NCBI GenBank assembly: GCA_051942245.1
Contig: JAVECL010000243.1
Location: 1-33,434 of the forward strand
Source of the DNA: Trypethelium eluteriae
Lineage: Eukaryota
Reading direction: 5' to 3'
DNA: 33,434 nucleotides
A program made the translations under genes and the position numbers. The notes under the pieces are model-generated. The model saw nothing but the letters and a program-made list of their open reading frames with translations. It did not search any database and had not been told where the DNA came from. Positions 1-10,241 of the stretch are shown in pieces. Position 1 is the stretch's first letter; every line of letters begins with the position of its first letter.

Positions 1-1
1 C

Positions 2-3000
2 CCTCTCCCCCCTCACCACAACATCCCGATGCGCCGCCCTAAACCGACACAACTTGGCCCTATAATCCGGACTCGACAGCGCGAGCGCAATAATACAGCT
101 CGGCTCGTCCTCGCGCACCACAATATCCGAGTCCGTCCAGACGTGCTCCTCGGCCTTGAGCGGATACTCCAACGGCATCCAGCCGGACGCCGACCGCTCC
201 GACCAGAAGCTCGTCAGCATCCGCATGATGGACATCTTCTCGTGCTTCGGCAGGTGCAGGCTGAGGTCGAGGTCGAGGCTGCGCGCCGCGGCGTCGTCGT
301 CAACCGCGCCGGAGAGGATCGGGTGTGGGTGGGAGGTGCTTTCGAGGTCGTCGAGGAGGGTGAGGGGCTCGGTATCGCTGGTTTCGGCGTCGGCGTCGGG
401 GTGGAGGTGGTGGGCTTTGGAGGGGAGCTCGTGGTCTTCGGCGTCGGTGGGCTCGAGCTTGGAGTCGTCTCTTTGCAGCATGATTCCGGTCTCGGGAGAG
501 ACGGTGCGGGCGGTGGGCGTGCTGTCGCTGAGGCTTTTGCTGTCGTCTGTGGGGAAAGTGTCCGTGCTTTGCCGGGTCGCGGTTCCAATACCTGGATCGT
601 CGTCTGTAGGATCTTTGTCTTGTAGAGCTTCCTTTGCGTCTTTGTAGACTTCGACAACGGGCTTTGAGGATGCAATAGGGTATAACCGAGACTGTCGATT
701 GCGCGCGGTACGCTGCTTTCTCTCCTTCAATCGCTCCTTCTCGAATTCGCGACTTAATTGTTCAAAGTGCTTGGCCAGGGCAGAGACTTTAGAATCAAGC
801 CTTTTCCCGTGGATTGAACGAGGTATAAGGGAATGGGTCAGCATTTTCCCGGCCTTCAAGGTACTCGTGCCTATGCGGTCAGTAAAGGTGTGTTCCGGAC
901 TCTTGGTTGACGTGTGCGTGGAAGACGGTGATTCGACTTGAAGATTACTTAGCGCAGCGGTGACTGGACCTGGTGAGACGGCGATGCCATTTCCGGAGGA
1001 GCTACTGTTCGCTCTCTGGAGACTCTTCACAGGTTGCGATTGAGCACGGAGCAGAGGAGGTGCAGGTGCTCCACCACTGCGGCGGTGAGCATGTTCCGTA
1101 GGTCTGGGAATTTTAGATTCGGGTAGAACTTCAAGGCGGTTGCTGTCGTTTTCGTTGTCAAGCCGTTCTAAACGCTCGGCTACGGCTTTATCCAATGGAA
1201 CCGGCTGCATCACTGGAGTCTCGAGAGAATCTCGAGTATCTCGCATTGCTTGCGGGCTCGTAGACCGTGGTGGTGAGGCGATCCCATGAATCGGTGCGCT
1301 GTTTAGTCCGTTTCCAGACATGCCGGATGCCACTGCAAGATCAAGGTGGCGAACTCCATCCTGCTCGACTGCCTGCGTTTGAGGTGTTGCTGAGGGGGGC
1401 TCTTCAGTGATATCTGGTAAAATTGGGCTTTTGTTATCACTAGATGCTGGCTTTTCTGTGGGGTCGCCATCCTTTTCCTGAATCGATTTTGCAGCTGCAG
1501 AATCTTCCTCAACTACCGAAGTCATCATGTCTCGTGCTTTCTCTACCGACATGTGGCCAGCTGGAATCTCCTTCTCGTCGCTATGCAGACCTTTCTCGTT
1601 CAAAGTGTCAGTTTCAGTGTCGGTATCCTCGAGAGAGGTAAGTGACGAGGTCGACGAGCTGCGCTCAATAAAGAGCCGTTTTAGCTGCAAGGCAGCGAGA
1701 CGACGGATATCCTTTTCGGATGGGAAGAAATTGTGCTCGAACTCGACGAAAGCGTCATCCCACTCCAATGCCTTCTCCCACATCGCCCTGACGGCCCTAT
1801 TCATAGGAATGACCTCATAGAATTTTGCATTCATGTATTTATCTTGCAGTTTGCGTGTAAGCCAATCATGATCCTCATTAGCACGTTTGAGAAGTCTGTC
1901 TAGTTCAGCCGCGCAAGCATCAGCTTTTTCGATTGCGACACTGTCGACATTGATGCCTTCCAGCCTGGCTTTGACAGAGGTCATGAATCGATTAAGGCGT
2001 TCCTGGAATTTGATGAATTGGTCATTCTTGACGCGTAAATCGTTGTCGACTTTCCAGGTTATGGTCGGTCTTGGAACAACTACTTCATAGAGCACTACAG
2101 TATCATACTGTAGACGAATGGCTACATTCTGCAAACCGAAATACCGAACGTGATTGCGATGAATGTCGTGAGGACACACGCCTGCTCTGGCATGCAATGG
2201 ACTGCTCCAGAAAGATAACTCAAGGTATTTTCCGAAGGAATAGCGCCATGTGTTTTCAGACATGGGTATGACTTGTGTTTCTTGACCGCATATGCGGCAA
2301 ACACTCCACATCAAAATGGTCTGCTCCAGGCCTTTGAACTTCGAAGGGTATTTTTCCACGAAAACGCTCAGCTGACCGTCGCCATGTACGTACTGGCGGT
2401 GGTGGTCGAACATGCGTTTCTCGCAACCGTTTGCTTTGCAGATGTCGCCTGCGCCATAACAAAGATCTTCCACGTATTGGCCTAGGGTGCAATCGGCATC
2501 GAACATTTCCTCTGCATCATATTCATGATCTCCGTAGAAGCCCAGCGCAATGATGCCTGGTCCAGCGCAAGGCACTGAGGTCACGGTTGACACCAATGAA
2601 TAGAGCACAGCAATATTTTGATGTGCCAATGGTTCAAAGAGATTGACATTTCCAGCAATGTATGATTCCCACTGTCGCTTTTGCGTGATGTAGAAATGCA
2701 TCGCCTTTTCGAACTCCGCATCATACACAGCAAACAGGAACTCACGGACAGGCTTTGAAGTACGCTGGAGAGGGCCGTGCATCATCTCCGGCTTGATGAG
2801 TTCGAATTTCTGGGCTGATGGATGGTCTTCAGAGTCATTCTTATTGGAATCATACTCGTCCCTCCGCCGTTTGAGATAGGCAAGCCGTCTCTCTTGCTCA
2901 CGAGATCTCATCAGCAGATAAGGTAGCATGAACTGGACGAACGGAGACGAAGAGAGAACACGAGTCTTATGTTTCTCAACCATATCGCTGTAATATGAAG

Positions 3001-6000
3001 GCGGAGGTACATCATCTGGTATTGGCTCTTCTTCTGCACCGTGAAACCGCTCGTTTTCAGTTGCAAGTGCTGCAATAGCTGTGTGAGAATTACCGGCTTC
3101 GCCATCGATCAAGCGGGAAGGCTTGTGTCGTTCATCCTGAGAGGCTCGTTCAACTAGTAAATCGTCATTCTTTCGAGTGCCACTTTCCTCGGGCGATAGT
3201 TCGGTAAGAATTTTTGGATAGCACTTCCGTTCAGAACTAGCAGTGGGAGACAAGGTCTCACTCGCAACTATCGACGGTATCGAAATAAATTCGTCCCGCA
3301 TCAACGAAGTTTCGAGCTTCAAGTTATAGACAACGTAGCACATAAACTCCGTGATCGATTTCAGACGACGTAGATGCTCCTGCTTCGCCCCACGAAGGAC
3401 TATGGTGCAGCCCAGTCGTGGCTCGCATCCAGAAATATATATGTACGACTTTTTGAGGCCATTGTGTACGTAGGTCTTGACATCAAAGCTATCACATTTA
3501 CCAAGATGTGTAGGTTCGGTAGTGAGCCTGTCGAGCGAGGTGAGGATTCTAGTTCGCGTACATCTGGACACTGCGTTGAGAACGGAGGCTTTGATGTTGT
3601 ACGCGACGGCAATATTTGCTTCGTTCAAATACTGCAGAGCGAGTCCGGCAACACCCCGTTGGACAAGAAGCACGCTTGGTTGTAGTGCTTTGATTCGGGT
3701 GACCAAGTTTTTGAGATACTCCCGCTCTTGGGCGATGACGGGCTCTAGGCTCATGAAATGCTGTTGATGTCGAGCATACTCGATGGGAAATGAAACGATC
3801 ATAATACGAGGTGATAGTATGCTTCGTGGCATGCTCTTCAAAGCAACATTCTTTGTAAAGACGACTCCAGACACATATGAGGTGTCATCAGGACGACCAC
3901 CCGGCACCTTCTTAAGCTTGACGTAGTGTCGTATGTCGATATCGTCTCCACCTTGAACGTTGGGATCAACGTCATCAGTAGACTGGAGTAAAATCGGGAT
4001 CAATGCATTTTCCCAGCTGTGAACACGGGGAATCTCTGCATCTCGCAGCATCTGCTTCAACAGACGTTTGACGTGTTGCATACTCGCAGCATTCAGCTCT
4101 AAGGCAGGAGCCCTTGAACCGCGCATGGAAGAGCTGCGTTTCAACTTTGACGTGCCGGGGCCAGAAGCCGCGAGGTTTTGAAGCGTCAATGGTGACCCTC
4201 CTGGAATATCACCGGCGCCTAGTCCAAAGCTTCTTAGAAGGCTGTTGCTCTTACTTCGCTTCGGAGAAGGTCGATTCGTGTGGGAAAAGCTTCCAGCGCT
4301 CAAATTACGCCTTCGTTGGTGCCGGGGCACAGGACGACCACTAAGACTGATGGCATCTGCATCGCGACTGGCGGCGTTGGACATGAGGATATTTCTTTCG
4401 CCCGCTCTTGAGCGACCCTTCCGCAATCCAGCAAGGAGACCACTAATGGCATTCCTATCGTTCTCACCATTAGGCAAGCTTGGGGATCCTTTTTCCATCG
4501 AGGTAAAGATGCTAGTTTGCTCATCTCCACTCGAGTCGTCATCAGACATGAAGGGAGCTAAGTCGGGATCAATAATGCTGTCATTATGAAAAGCAGGCAA
4601 GCCAGCACGTTTATTAGGCTCTTCCCCCGGATTGCGTTGGAAAGGGGCCTTCTCATCATGTGGTTTCAACGATTTCATATGCTGATGACGTGAATAATGG
4701 CGTCTATGACTTGAGGAACGAGGTCTTCCACTAATGGAGCGAAGTGATCTTGATGAGCTTGGCCGTGCAAGTACTGGCTGCCTTTCAAATTCAAGTACTG
4801 CAGAAGTTCTCTTGCTGTCGCCTGTCCGGCGAGAGACTGGAATTCCCATCATAGGCGTAGTCATATTCTGATGGTCGTGTTGAACTTGCCATTGACCGAC
4901 TTCGCGAGGACCGGTTTCTGTTTCGTAACTGTATTCGCGGTCTCTTGGATAAGGCAGTTGTTTGTATTCAGCTGTGAAATTTGGTTCATTATCGCTTTCC
5001 GTAATATTTGAGGAGTCATCATCGTTGCCACTAATGATTGTCTCACAAGACCTACAAATCCGCACGGTAGAAGACTGCCCGAAAATCCTCCCCGGCAGAA
5101 GATGAGTGCACTTAGCATCGAATATCTGTCCACACATCCTGCAGTGATGCTTTCGTCGAAAGGTTGAGAATGTGTCTCCACAGTCGAAGCAATCCTTGGC
5201 ATTTTCATCCTTCATCCAGAACCTTTTGTCTAATAGCTTTCTACGGGCCGGAGAGGTCGGCTGCTGGTGGCCATAAGAATGGCGAACGTGTTCTTCCAAG
5301 GAGGGGGTTTGCGGGGCAACTCGCCTCGAAGATGTGCTCACCGATCCTAAGTCTGTCCCATCAACAGAGGAAGCCGTTGAGGGTTGAAATCCTGGCAGAT
5401 GAGACTGACTGATTTGAATCATTGGTGGCCGGTCCTGATTTTGATTTGGATCAAGTGAATTCTCTAGTGGCGGAAAGCTGGACGGTAACGAGGCGTTGTT
5501 CGCTTCTTTAGGCGGTAGTGCAGCTCTACTGGAATGGGGATTCCCTTCTACTTGACTAGAACCAACTATCCTCTGGCTTGGGTGCACTGCCCTTTCCTCT
5601 GGCGAGAGCCTCTCAAGACCTGTGACAGCGACAGTATCTTCACCATCGACAGAGGTCACACTGACTTTTGGTCCTCTTCTACGCGGCTTGCCTTCAGCTG
5701 TTTTGGCATATTGCGCCGTGTCCGTGGGTAGAGCAGATGCTGCCGCTTGTTCTTTGAGAGAGATCACACTGGTCGAAGAAGAGTCAACAGAACCTCCATG
5801 CTCAGCAGAAGTTGGTCGTCCAGATCGGCCAGACGCTGAAGCCTGCGCACTTGCCCGCTCGGAGCGTCCACCTAGATCACGTGGTTGTTCCTTCCCCTCC
5901 CTCGCTGAAGCAAATCTGGTACCGCCGAGATTGACACTCATAGTCTCGTTGCCGTGCGACGAGAGAGACGAAACAGAATCGATTGTAGCTGCATCATTGA

Positions 6001-6547
6001 GAAGTGCACGATGCAAGACGTCCGAAGGGTCCGGAGAAGGGACCTTGATTTCTCCAAGACTGGAATCAACAGGAGACTGTATTCGCGAGTTGGAAGTTGA
6101 TAGTACGACTGGGGAGGAGACGTCGGGGTTCAGTCGTTTGGGTGCCGTCAGAGTTCGAGACAGCTGAGGGCTCTTCGGGGCACTATTCCCATTCGACGAC
6201 GGTCTTGAAGGTGAAGTTGGAACCACAGCACCTCTTGCTGCGATGACCGATGCTCTGAACTTGGTATATAGCCCACTTATGCCACCCTGTATGTCATCTG
6301 CAAAGGTTTTTCCATCGCTCAGTGAGGACGAAGACGGCGGAGAAGCAAGATCATGAAAGGTGGTTAGGGTCTCCGACTGGGAAGCAGTGGTGTGAATGTG
6401 GTCCAGAGCCTGGGCAAGCTTGTCTTTATCGACCGGAGCAGGAGAGTACAGAGAGTTCAGAGAGCTTCTTCGAGAAGGTCGACCAAATGGAAGGCGTATT
6501 GACGAACTTGAGGGGCTAGGAGCGTCTGGCGGAAATTTCGTGGCCAT
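2..6547 (-). CDS. FAB1: 1-phosphatidylinositol-3-phosphate 5-kinase Fab1/PIKfyve (5' ~2180 codons; kinase domain lies beyond the left edge)
   Basis: Manual translation from ATG at 6547 (MATKFPPDAPSPSSSSIRLPFGRPSRRSSL...LAQALDHIHTTASQSETLTTFHD). FYVE finger near 5030-5210 (CFDCGDTFSTFRRKHHCRMCGQIFDAKC). CCT/TCP-1-like domain near 3400-3950 (GVVFTKNVALKSMPRSI...FPIEYARHQQHFMSLEPVIAQEREYL). Pre-kinase block near 60-240 (MLTSFWSERSASGWMPLEYPLKAEEHVWTDSDIVVREDEPSCIIALALSS). The start codon and the block at 235 are in the same frame. Confidence 0.96.
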   Translation of the reverse strand, partial: MATKFPPDAPSPSSSSIRLPFGRPSRRSSLNSLYSPAPVDKDKLAQALDHIHTTASQSETLTTFHDLASPPSSSSLSDGKTFADDIQGGISGLYTKFRASVIAARGAVVPTSPSRPSSNGNSAPKSPQLSRTLTAPKRLNPDVSSPVVLSTSNSRIQSPVDSSLGEIKVPSPDPSDVLHRALLNDAATIDSVSSLSSHGNETMSVNLGGTRFASAREGKEQPRDLGGRSERASAQASASGRSGRPTSAEHGGSVDSSSTSVISLKEQAAASALPTDTAQYAKTAEGKPRRRGPKVSVTSVDGEDTVAVTGLERLSPEERAVHPSQRIVGSSQVEGNPHSSRAALPPKEANNASLPSSFPPLENSLDPNQNQDRPPMIQISQSHLPGFQPSTASSVDGTDLGSVSTSSRRVAPQTPSLEEHVRHSYGHQQPTSPARRKLLDKRFWMKDENAKDCFDCGDTFSTFRRKHHCRMCGQIFDAKCTHLLPGRIFGQSSTVRICRSCETIISGNDDDSSNITESDNEPNFTAEYKQLPYPRDREYSYETETGPREVGQWQVQHDHQNMTTPMMGIPVSRRTGDSKRTSAVLEFERQPVLARPSSSRSLRSISGRPRSSSHRRHYSRHQHMKSLKPHDEKAPFQRNPGEEPNKRAGLPAFHNDSIIDPDLAPFMSDDDSSGDEQTSIFTSMEKGSPSLPNGENDRNAISGLLAGLRKGRSRAGERNILMSNAASRDADAISLSGRPVPRHQRRRNLSAGSFSHTNRPSPKRSKSNSLLRSFGLGAGDIPGGSPLTLQNLAASGPGTSKLKRSSSMRGSRAPALELNAASMQHVKRLLKQMLRDAEIPRVHSWENALIPILLQSTDDVDPNVQGGDDIDIRHYVKLKKVPGGRPDDTSYVSGVVFTKNVALKSMPRSILSPRIMIVSFPIEYARHQQHFMSLEPVIAQEREYLKNLVTRIKALQPSVLLVQRGVAGLALQYLNEANIAVAYNIKASVLNAVSRCTRTRILTSLDRLTTEPTHLGKCDSFDVKTYVHNGLKKSYIYISGCEPRLGCTIVLRGAKQEHLRRLKSITEFMCYVVYNLKLETSLMRDEFISIPSIVASETLSPTASSERKCYPKILTELSPEESGTRKNDDLLVERASQDERHKPSRLIDGEAGNSHTAIAALATENERFHGAEEEPIPDDVPPPSYYSDMVEKHKTRVLSSSPFVQFMLPYLLMRSREQERRLAYLKRRRDEYDSNKNDSEDHPSAQKFELIKPEMMHGPLQRTSKPVREFLFAVYDAEFEKAMHFYITQKRQWESYIAGNVNLFEPLAHQNIAVLYSLVSTVTSVPCAGPGIIALGFYGDHEYDAEEMFDADCTLGQYVEDLCYGAGDICKANGCEKRMFDHHRQYVHGDGQLSVFVEKYPSKFKGLEQTILMWSVCRICGQETQVIPMSENTWRYSFGKYLELSFWSSPLHARAGVCPHDIHRNHVRYFGLQNVAIRLQYDTVVLYEVVVPRPTITWKVDNDLRVKNDQFIKFQERLNRFMTSVKARLEGINVDSVAIEKADACAAELDRLLKRANEDHDWLTRKLQDKYMNAKFYEVIPMNRAVRAMWEKALEWDDAFVEFEHNFFPSEKDIRRLAALQLKRLFIERSSSTSSLTSLEDTDTETDTLNEKGLHSDEKEIPAGHMSVEKARDMMTSVVEEDSAAAKSIQEKDGDPTEKPASSDNKSPILPDITEEPPSATPQTQAVEQDGVRHLDLAVASGMSGNGLNSAPIHGIASPPRSTSPQAMRDTRDSLETPVMQPVPLDKAVAERLERLDNENDSNRLEVLPESKIPRPTEHAHRRSGGAPAPPLLRAQSQPVKSLQRANSSSSGNGIAVSPGPVTAALSNLQVESPSSTHTSTKSPEHTFTDRIGTSTLKAGKMLTHSLIPRSIHGKRLDSKVSALAKHFEQLSREFEKERLKERKQRTARNRQSRLYPIASSKPVVEVYKDAKEALQDKDPTDDDPGIGTATRQSTDTFPTDDSKSLSDSTPTARTVSPETGIMLQRDDSKLEPTDAEDHELPSKAHHLHPDADAETSDTEPLTLLDDLESTSHPHPILSGAVDDDAAARSLDLDLSLHLPKHEKMSIMRMLTSFWSERSASGWMPLEYPLKAEEHVWTDSDIVVREDEPSCIIALALSSPDYRAKLCRFRAAHRDVVVRGER

Positions 6548-7088
6548 CTACGCCTAATAAGCTCCCATGCACACATTAGTAGATTGACCTCGAGGGCGGA
6601 GATGTGTAGGATTGCAGTGATGGACAGTCCAGTGTCCGGAAGATCGTAAAGGTGAATGAGATCTGGCTAACGAGGGGAAGGAAGTAGTGGTGCCTAATGA
6701 TATCTCGAAGAGCAAACACAAATGAACAGGGCCCGCCGCCGACCGTGGCTCAGAAGCTTGCCGTGTCATTTGCCTGTCGATGAGTGTGGTAGAGGTGGCA
6801 GAGGTGGTAGTGAGAGCGGAGTGCCAGAGAGTGGCACGAACGGTAAGGTTGTTGGTGGCCTTCTATAGGTGGTACTAAGGTATCGTGGAATCGTGGTTCT
6901 ACCTCATCCTGGTCACCGCGTGGGGCCCTTGTTGTGTTCGCGCGTCTTCCCCGCGTCACCCACGAGATACGAAGGCAGCAGTACAGTAACACCGTAGTTG
7001 CACATAACTGCACACCAGCATTCCTACTTCTCATTTTAACCTCGCCCACAGCAATGCCACTCGTGCCTCCGTACCCCCGCCATTCAGC
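6548..7088. promoter_or_regulatory. Short divergent (bidirectional) promoter region between FAB1 and the TPP1/Est3-like gene
   Basis: Head-to-head start codons at 6547 (-) and 7089 (+), about 540 bp apart. No specific element identified. Confidence 0.55.
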
Positions 7089-10000
7089 ATGGCTAACGTA
7101 CTCGACCCCTGGCTCCAGGCCATGATTGAAGGGGAGCTCGAGCAGGTACTACTCTGGAAGCGGTTTGAATCTGGCGTCCACACGGAAGATGATTGTAAGC
7201 GACTATCTAAGCGCTACGAGGATGAAGGAAGCGTTCTCTCAATTCGTTCAATGCGGTGTCAACTACGCAAATGTATAGTACAGGTGACAGAGGTATATCC
7301 AACAATCGAGCCCTTTAATGAAAGACGGAGACGCTTACATGCTACCTGCATTATAAGTTCATTTCCTTCGAAGGGGACATAGAAGCACAAGTGTCTGATG
7401 GAAAATACTCCTGCCGCGCCATATTTTCCGCGGACTGTGTTACCACCTTCAACAACGCCCACGACAGGCCCCTCACGCAATTGAAAGGATGCCTCTTCAA
7501 AATCGCCGACTGCGCCTTTACGGCCGCTTTGCACGGCGGCTTTCATAAGCGTATTACTCTGTTCATAGACAGCATGAAATGGGTGATGGGACACGTTGGT
7601 GAACCGACCTATGGATCTCTTACCCCGATCACAGAAAATGAGTTGGTGTTGGAGTTTTTGGAGGCGTTGAAGCCCAATCTCATTGCCAGAACACCTTTAA
7701 TGCCTAGCTTAGAGGGCCAAGTCACTCATTCCGCATCTTCAACTATTGCGCGCCCCCAAGCCTTGAACGAAGGCGACCAATCTACCCAACATAGTAGTCG
7801 TCAAGCTCCAGCTCAGCGATCGCCCCTACCACGATCAAGTGTCCTCAAGCGAACTTTTCGTGGCGATCCAGTGTGGATCGAAGAGCCAGGCGTGCAACAA
7901 GGAATTCGAGAAAATTCGTCTGGAGATGAAGCTGCTTCACCGAAGAAAAACTCACCCAATAGGATTACAGCGGTGGCAATGGACGTCTCGTCAGACTCGG
8001 CAGAACTACCTAGAAACCCCCTTTCCCAGAGCTCTCGATCCGGTCATCCTCAATCAAACATCAAGCCCTCGGCGGACTCTGAAAGCGCCATTCCATGGGC
8101 TGGTGTTGAAATTCGGCGTTCCCTTGCTAGAGTTCCAAAGGACCAGCAAGCCCTGCTTGACCGTGAAGAGTCGTGGTATCCCCCAGATCCGGGACGCCGC
8201 TTTCCCATTGCCAATATTCCCCTACGGACACTGCAGCAGCTGAATGCAGCTGCAGAGGAAAATGCTAAACGCCAACGACAGACAACTCTAGTCCATAATA
8301 ACGGAGGGATTGGTGATAATGATCGCGCGGATGATATGGGTGCTGAAAGCCTATCAGAACCCGAGGAGCTGGAAGAGGACCAAGATAAGCCGTTTTCTTC
8401 TGAGGAGTGGCCAGAGTCGCCCGCTCGCAACGGTGCTAATTCACTCCCGCCCGATAGTAGTGATCACATCACATCTGAGGATTCACCTGACCGATCAAAG
8501 AAATTACCATTCAGTCCTGCGAACTCTTTGCAAAAGAGACAAGTAAGTCTCGACACTAAAAGTTAGAGAAGTTTATCATTAACATTGTAAACCCAACCAG
8601 CCGACAAATCATAACGGATATAGAAATCTGTCGCGACGCAGGTCTCTCAGTGACGATTCGTTAATTGAGTACAGTCTACCTCAGGCAGTGAAAGAGGCAT
8701 CATCTCAGGGCGCGCAAATCGACATCCGTTCTTCCATGGATCAAGACCAACGCCCATCCGCCGAGAGTTCTGAGCATAAATCTGTCGCTTTTCAGACCAA
8801 GCGCACTGCGGAGAGTCCCTCACATGGCGTTTACTTGAAGCGAATGAAGCGAATGGAAAAGAATCAGAGAAAAATCTCAAGCCCAGAACCCAGTCCTCGA
8901 CCGACCGACTACAAGCTAGAGCGCAGTAAGTTTTTTGCCGACTTTGCGAAGCGCAAATTGGAAGACAAGACTGCGTCATTTCCGACCGATGTTAATATTC
9001 CAGTGCAAGTCCCATCCACTCCCACGCCAAAGACATTATCTTCGCGTCCAAACAACACTGCTCGATCTGTCTCGGACGTTGAACAAGGAATGCACGGTGA
9101 GATATCACTTCACCTAGCTCTTCCAGAACAACAGGGAACGTCGGATGTAATGTCAAGTCTTCGCTCGTCTAAGTCCATCGACGCGCATCATGTGCAGATT
9201 GACAGAGAGGAATCACGCATCAAGTCCAAACACTTGGCCAGGCCAAGTCAGCAACAGACTCGTGCAAATTCCGAAGTGGACCGACCCTCACCAACAGTAG
9301 ATATTTTTGAACGATTCACGCGTGCCTATCCCGAGTACTCGGGCGATCGCAAGCACTTCCATAATCTCTGCCAAAAACTCAATAAGTTGCAGGCGGATGG
9401 CAAAGCTCAGCATCGGTCTCATTGGGATGACTATATCATTAGGCATAAGACCGAATATGCGAGCTACCTGGCAAGAGTCAATGCAGAAGGAGAAGATCCA
9501 ATGTCATACGACGAATACTATCGTCATGAGATCGAAGAACCGCTCACGAGGCAACGAATCATCAATCCTGCTAACTTAAAAATGGCAATAGAACAAGCTC
9601 TAGTAATTCCATCTGGCCAACGTACGCCTGCCTTGGGAACAACTGTACGTCCGGAGTCCCAGGCAGGTACCTCTAGATCGCTTTCGCAAAATACTCCGAC
9701 AGACGCAAACCTGGAGGTAAGACCCGAAAGATCCTCTGGTGGAAATGAGGGCCAACGGCGAGATGTCAAGGTAGTCCGATCTCCTAGGTATGAGCGTGCA
9801 TTCGCCCAGCAGCAAAATCGTCATCCGATTACCAGTAAGCTCAGATAACCCTCATTAGACTTTATCGACCTGATCATGGCAGAGGCTCGCGCAGGGCCCA
9901 CCGCGCAGGATTCAACAGAGGCAGAGCCGGAAACTCGTACCGAAGTTCGTGAGAATGAGGTGATAGAGATAGATGGCGAGACAACGGAAGAGTCTATCGT

Positions 10001-10241
10001 GCAGGATCTTGGAGAGGCTCGCATGGAAACGTCGACCGAGGTTCACATGGAGGCTGGCGTAGTGGAGGAAGATGGCGGTACGGATGAGTTTTACAAGGAT
10101 TACAACACTCCTTTCAAGGAATATGCGAGGGCATATGCGAACCTGAAGTCGATCGATGGGTGTTTGGGAACGGTTCATGGCAGGACTGGCATTGTGCAGC
10201 CACCACTCAAGCGCATTGATACCCTCAGCTGGCGTTTGTGA
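7089..10241 (+). CDS. TPP1/Est3-like OB-fold telomere protein with long low-complexity region (4 exons)
   Basis: Introns 7293-7357 and 8543-8600 (GT..AG) join ORFs 7089, 7391 and 8688 in frame. A third intron near 9835-9882/9894 is needed to bypass TAA 9846-9848. The N-terminus LDPWL...IVQVTEFISFEGDIEAQVSDGKYSCRAIFS...LKGCLF fits the TPP1/Est3 OB fold. Other conserved-looking blocks: WYPPDPGRRFPIANIP, FERFTRAYPEYSGDRKHF..HWDDYIIRH, PFKEYARAYANL. Confidence 0.75.

Noticed and set aside
214..300. Suspected frameshift in FAB1 before the pre-kinase block
   Set aside because: Re-translation gives LDLDLSLHLPKHEKMSIMRML in a single frame, so there is no shift.
29..6519. Many short ORF-track entries on both strands (e.g. 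29-625, 156-647, 214-675, 5622-6167)
   Set aside because: They are antisense or off-frame shadows of the continuous FAB1 reading frame.
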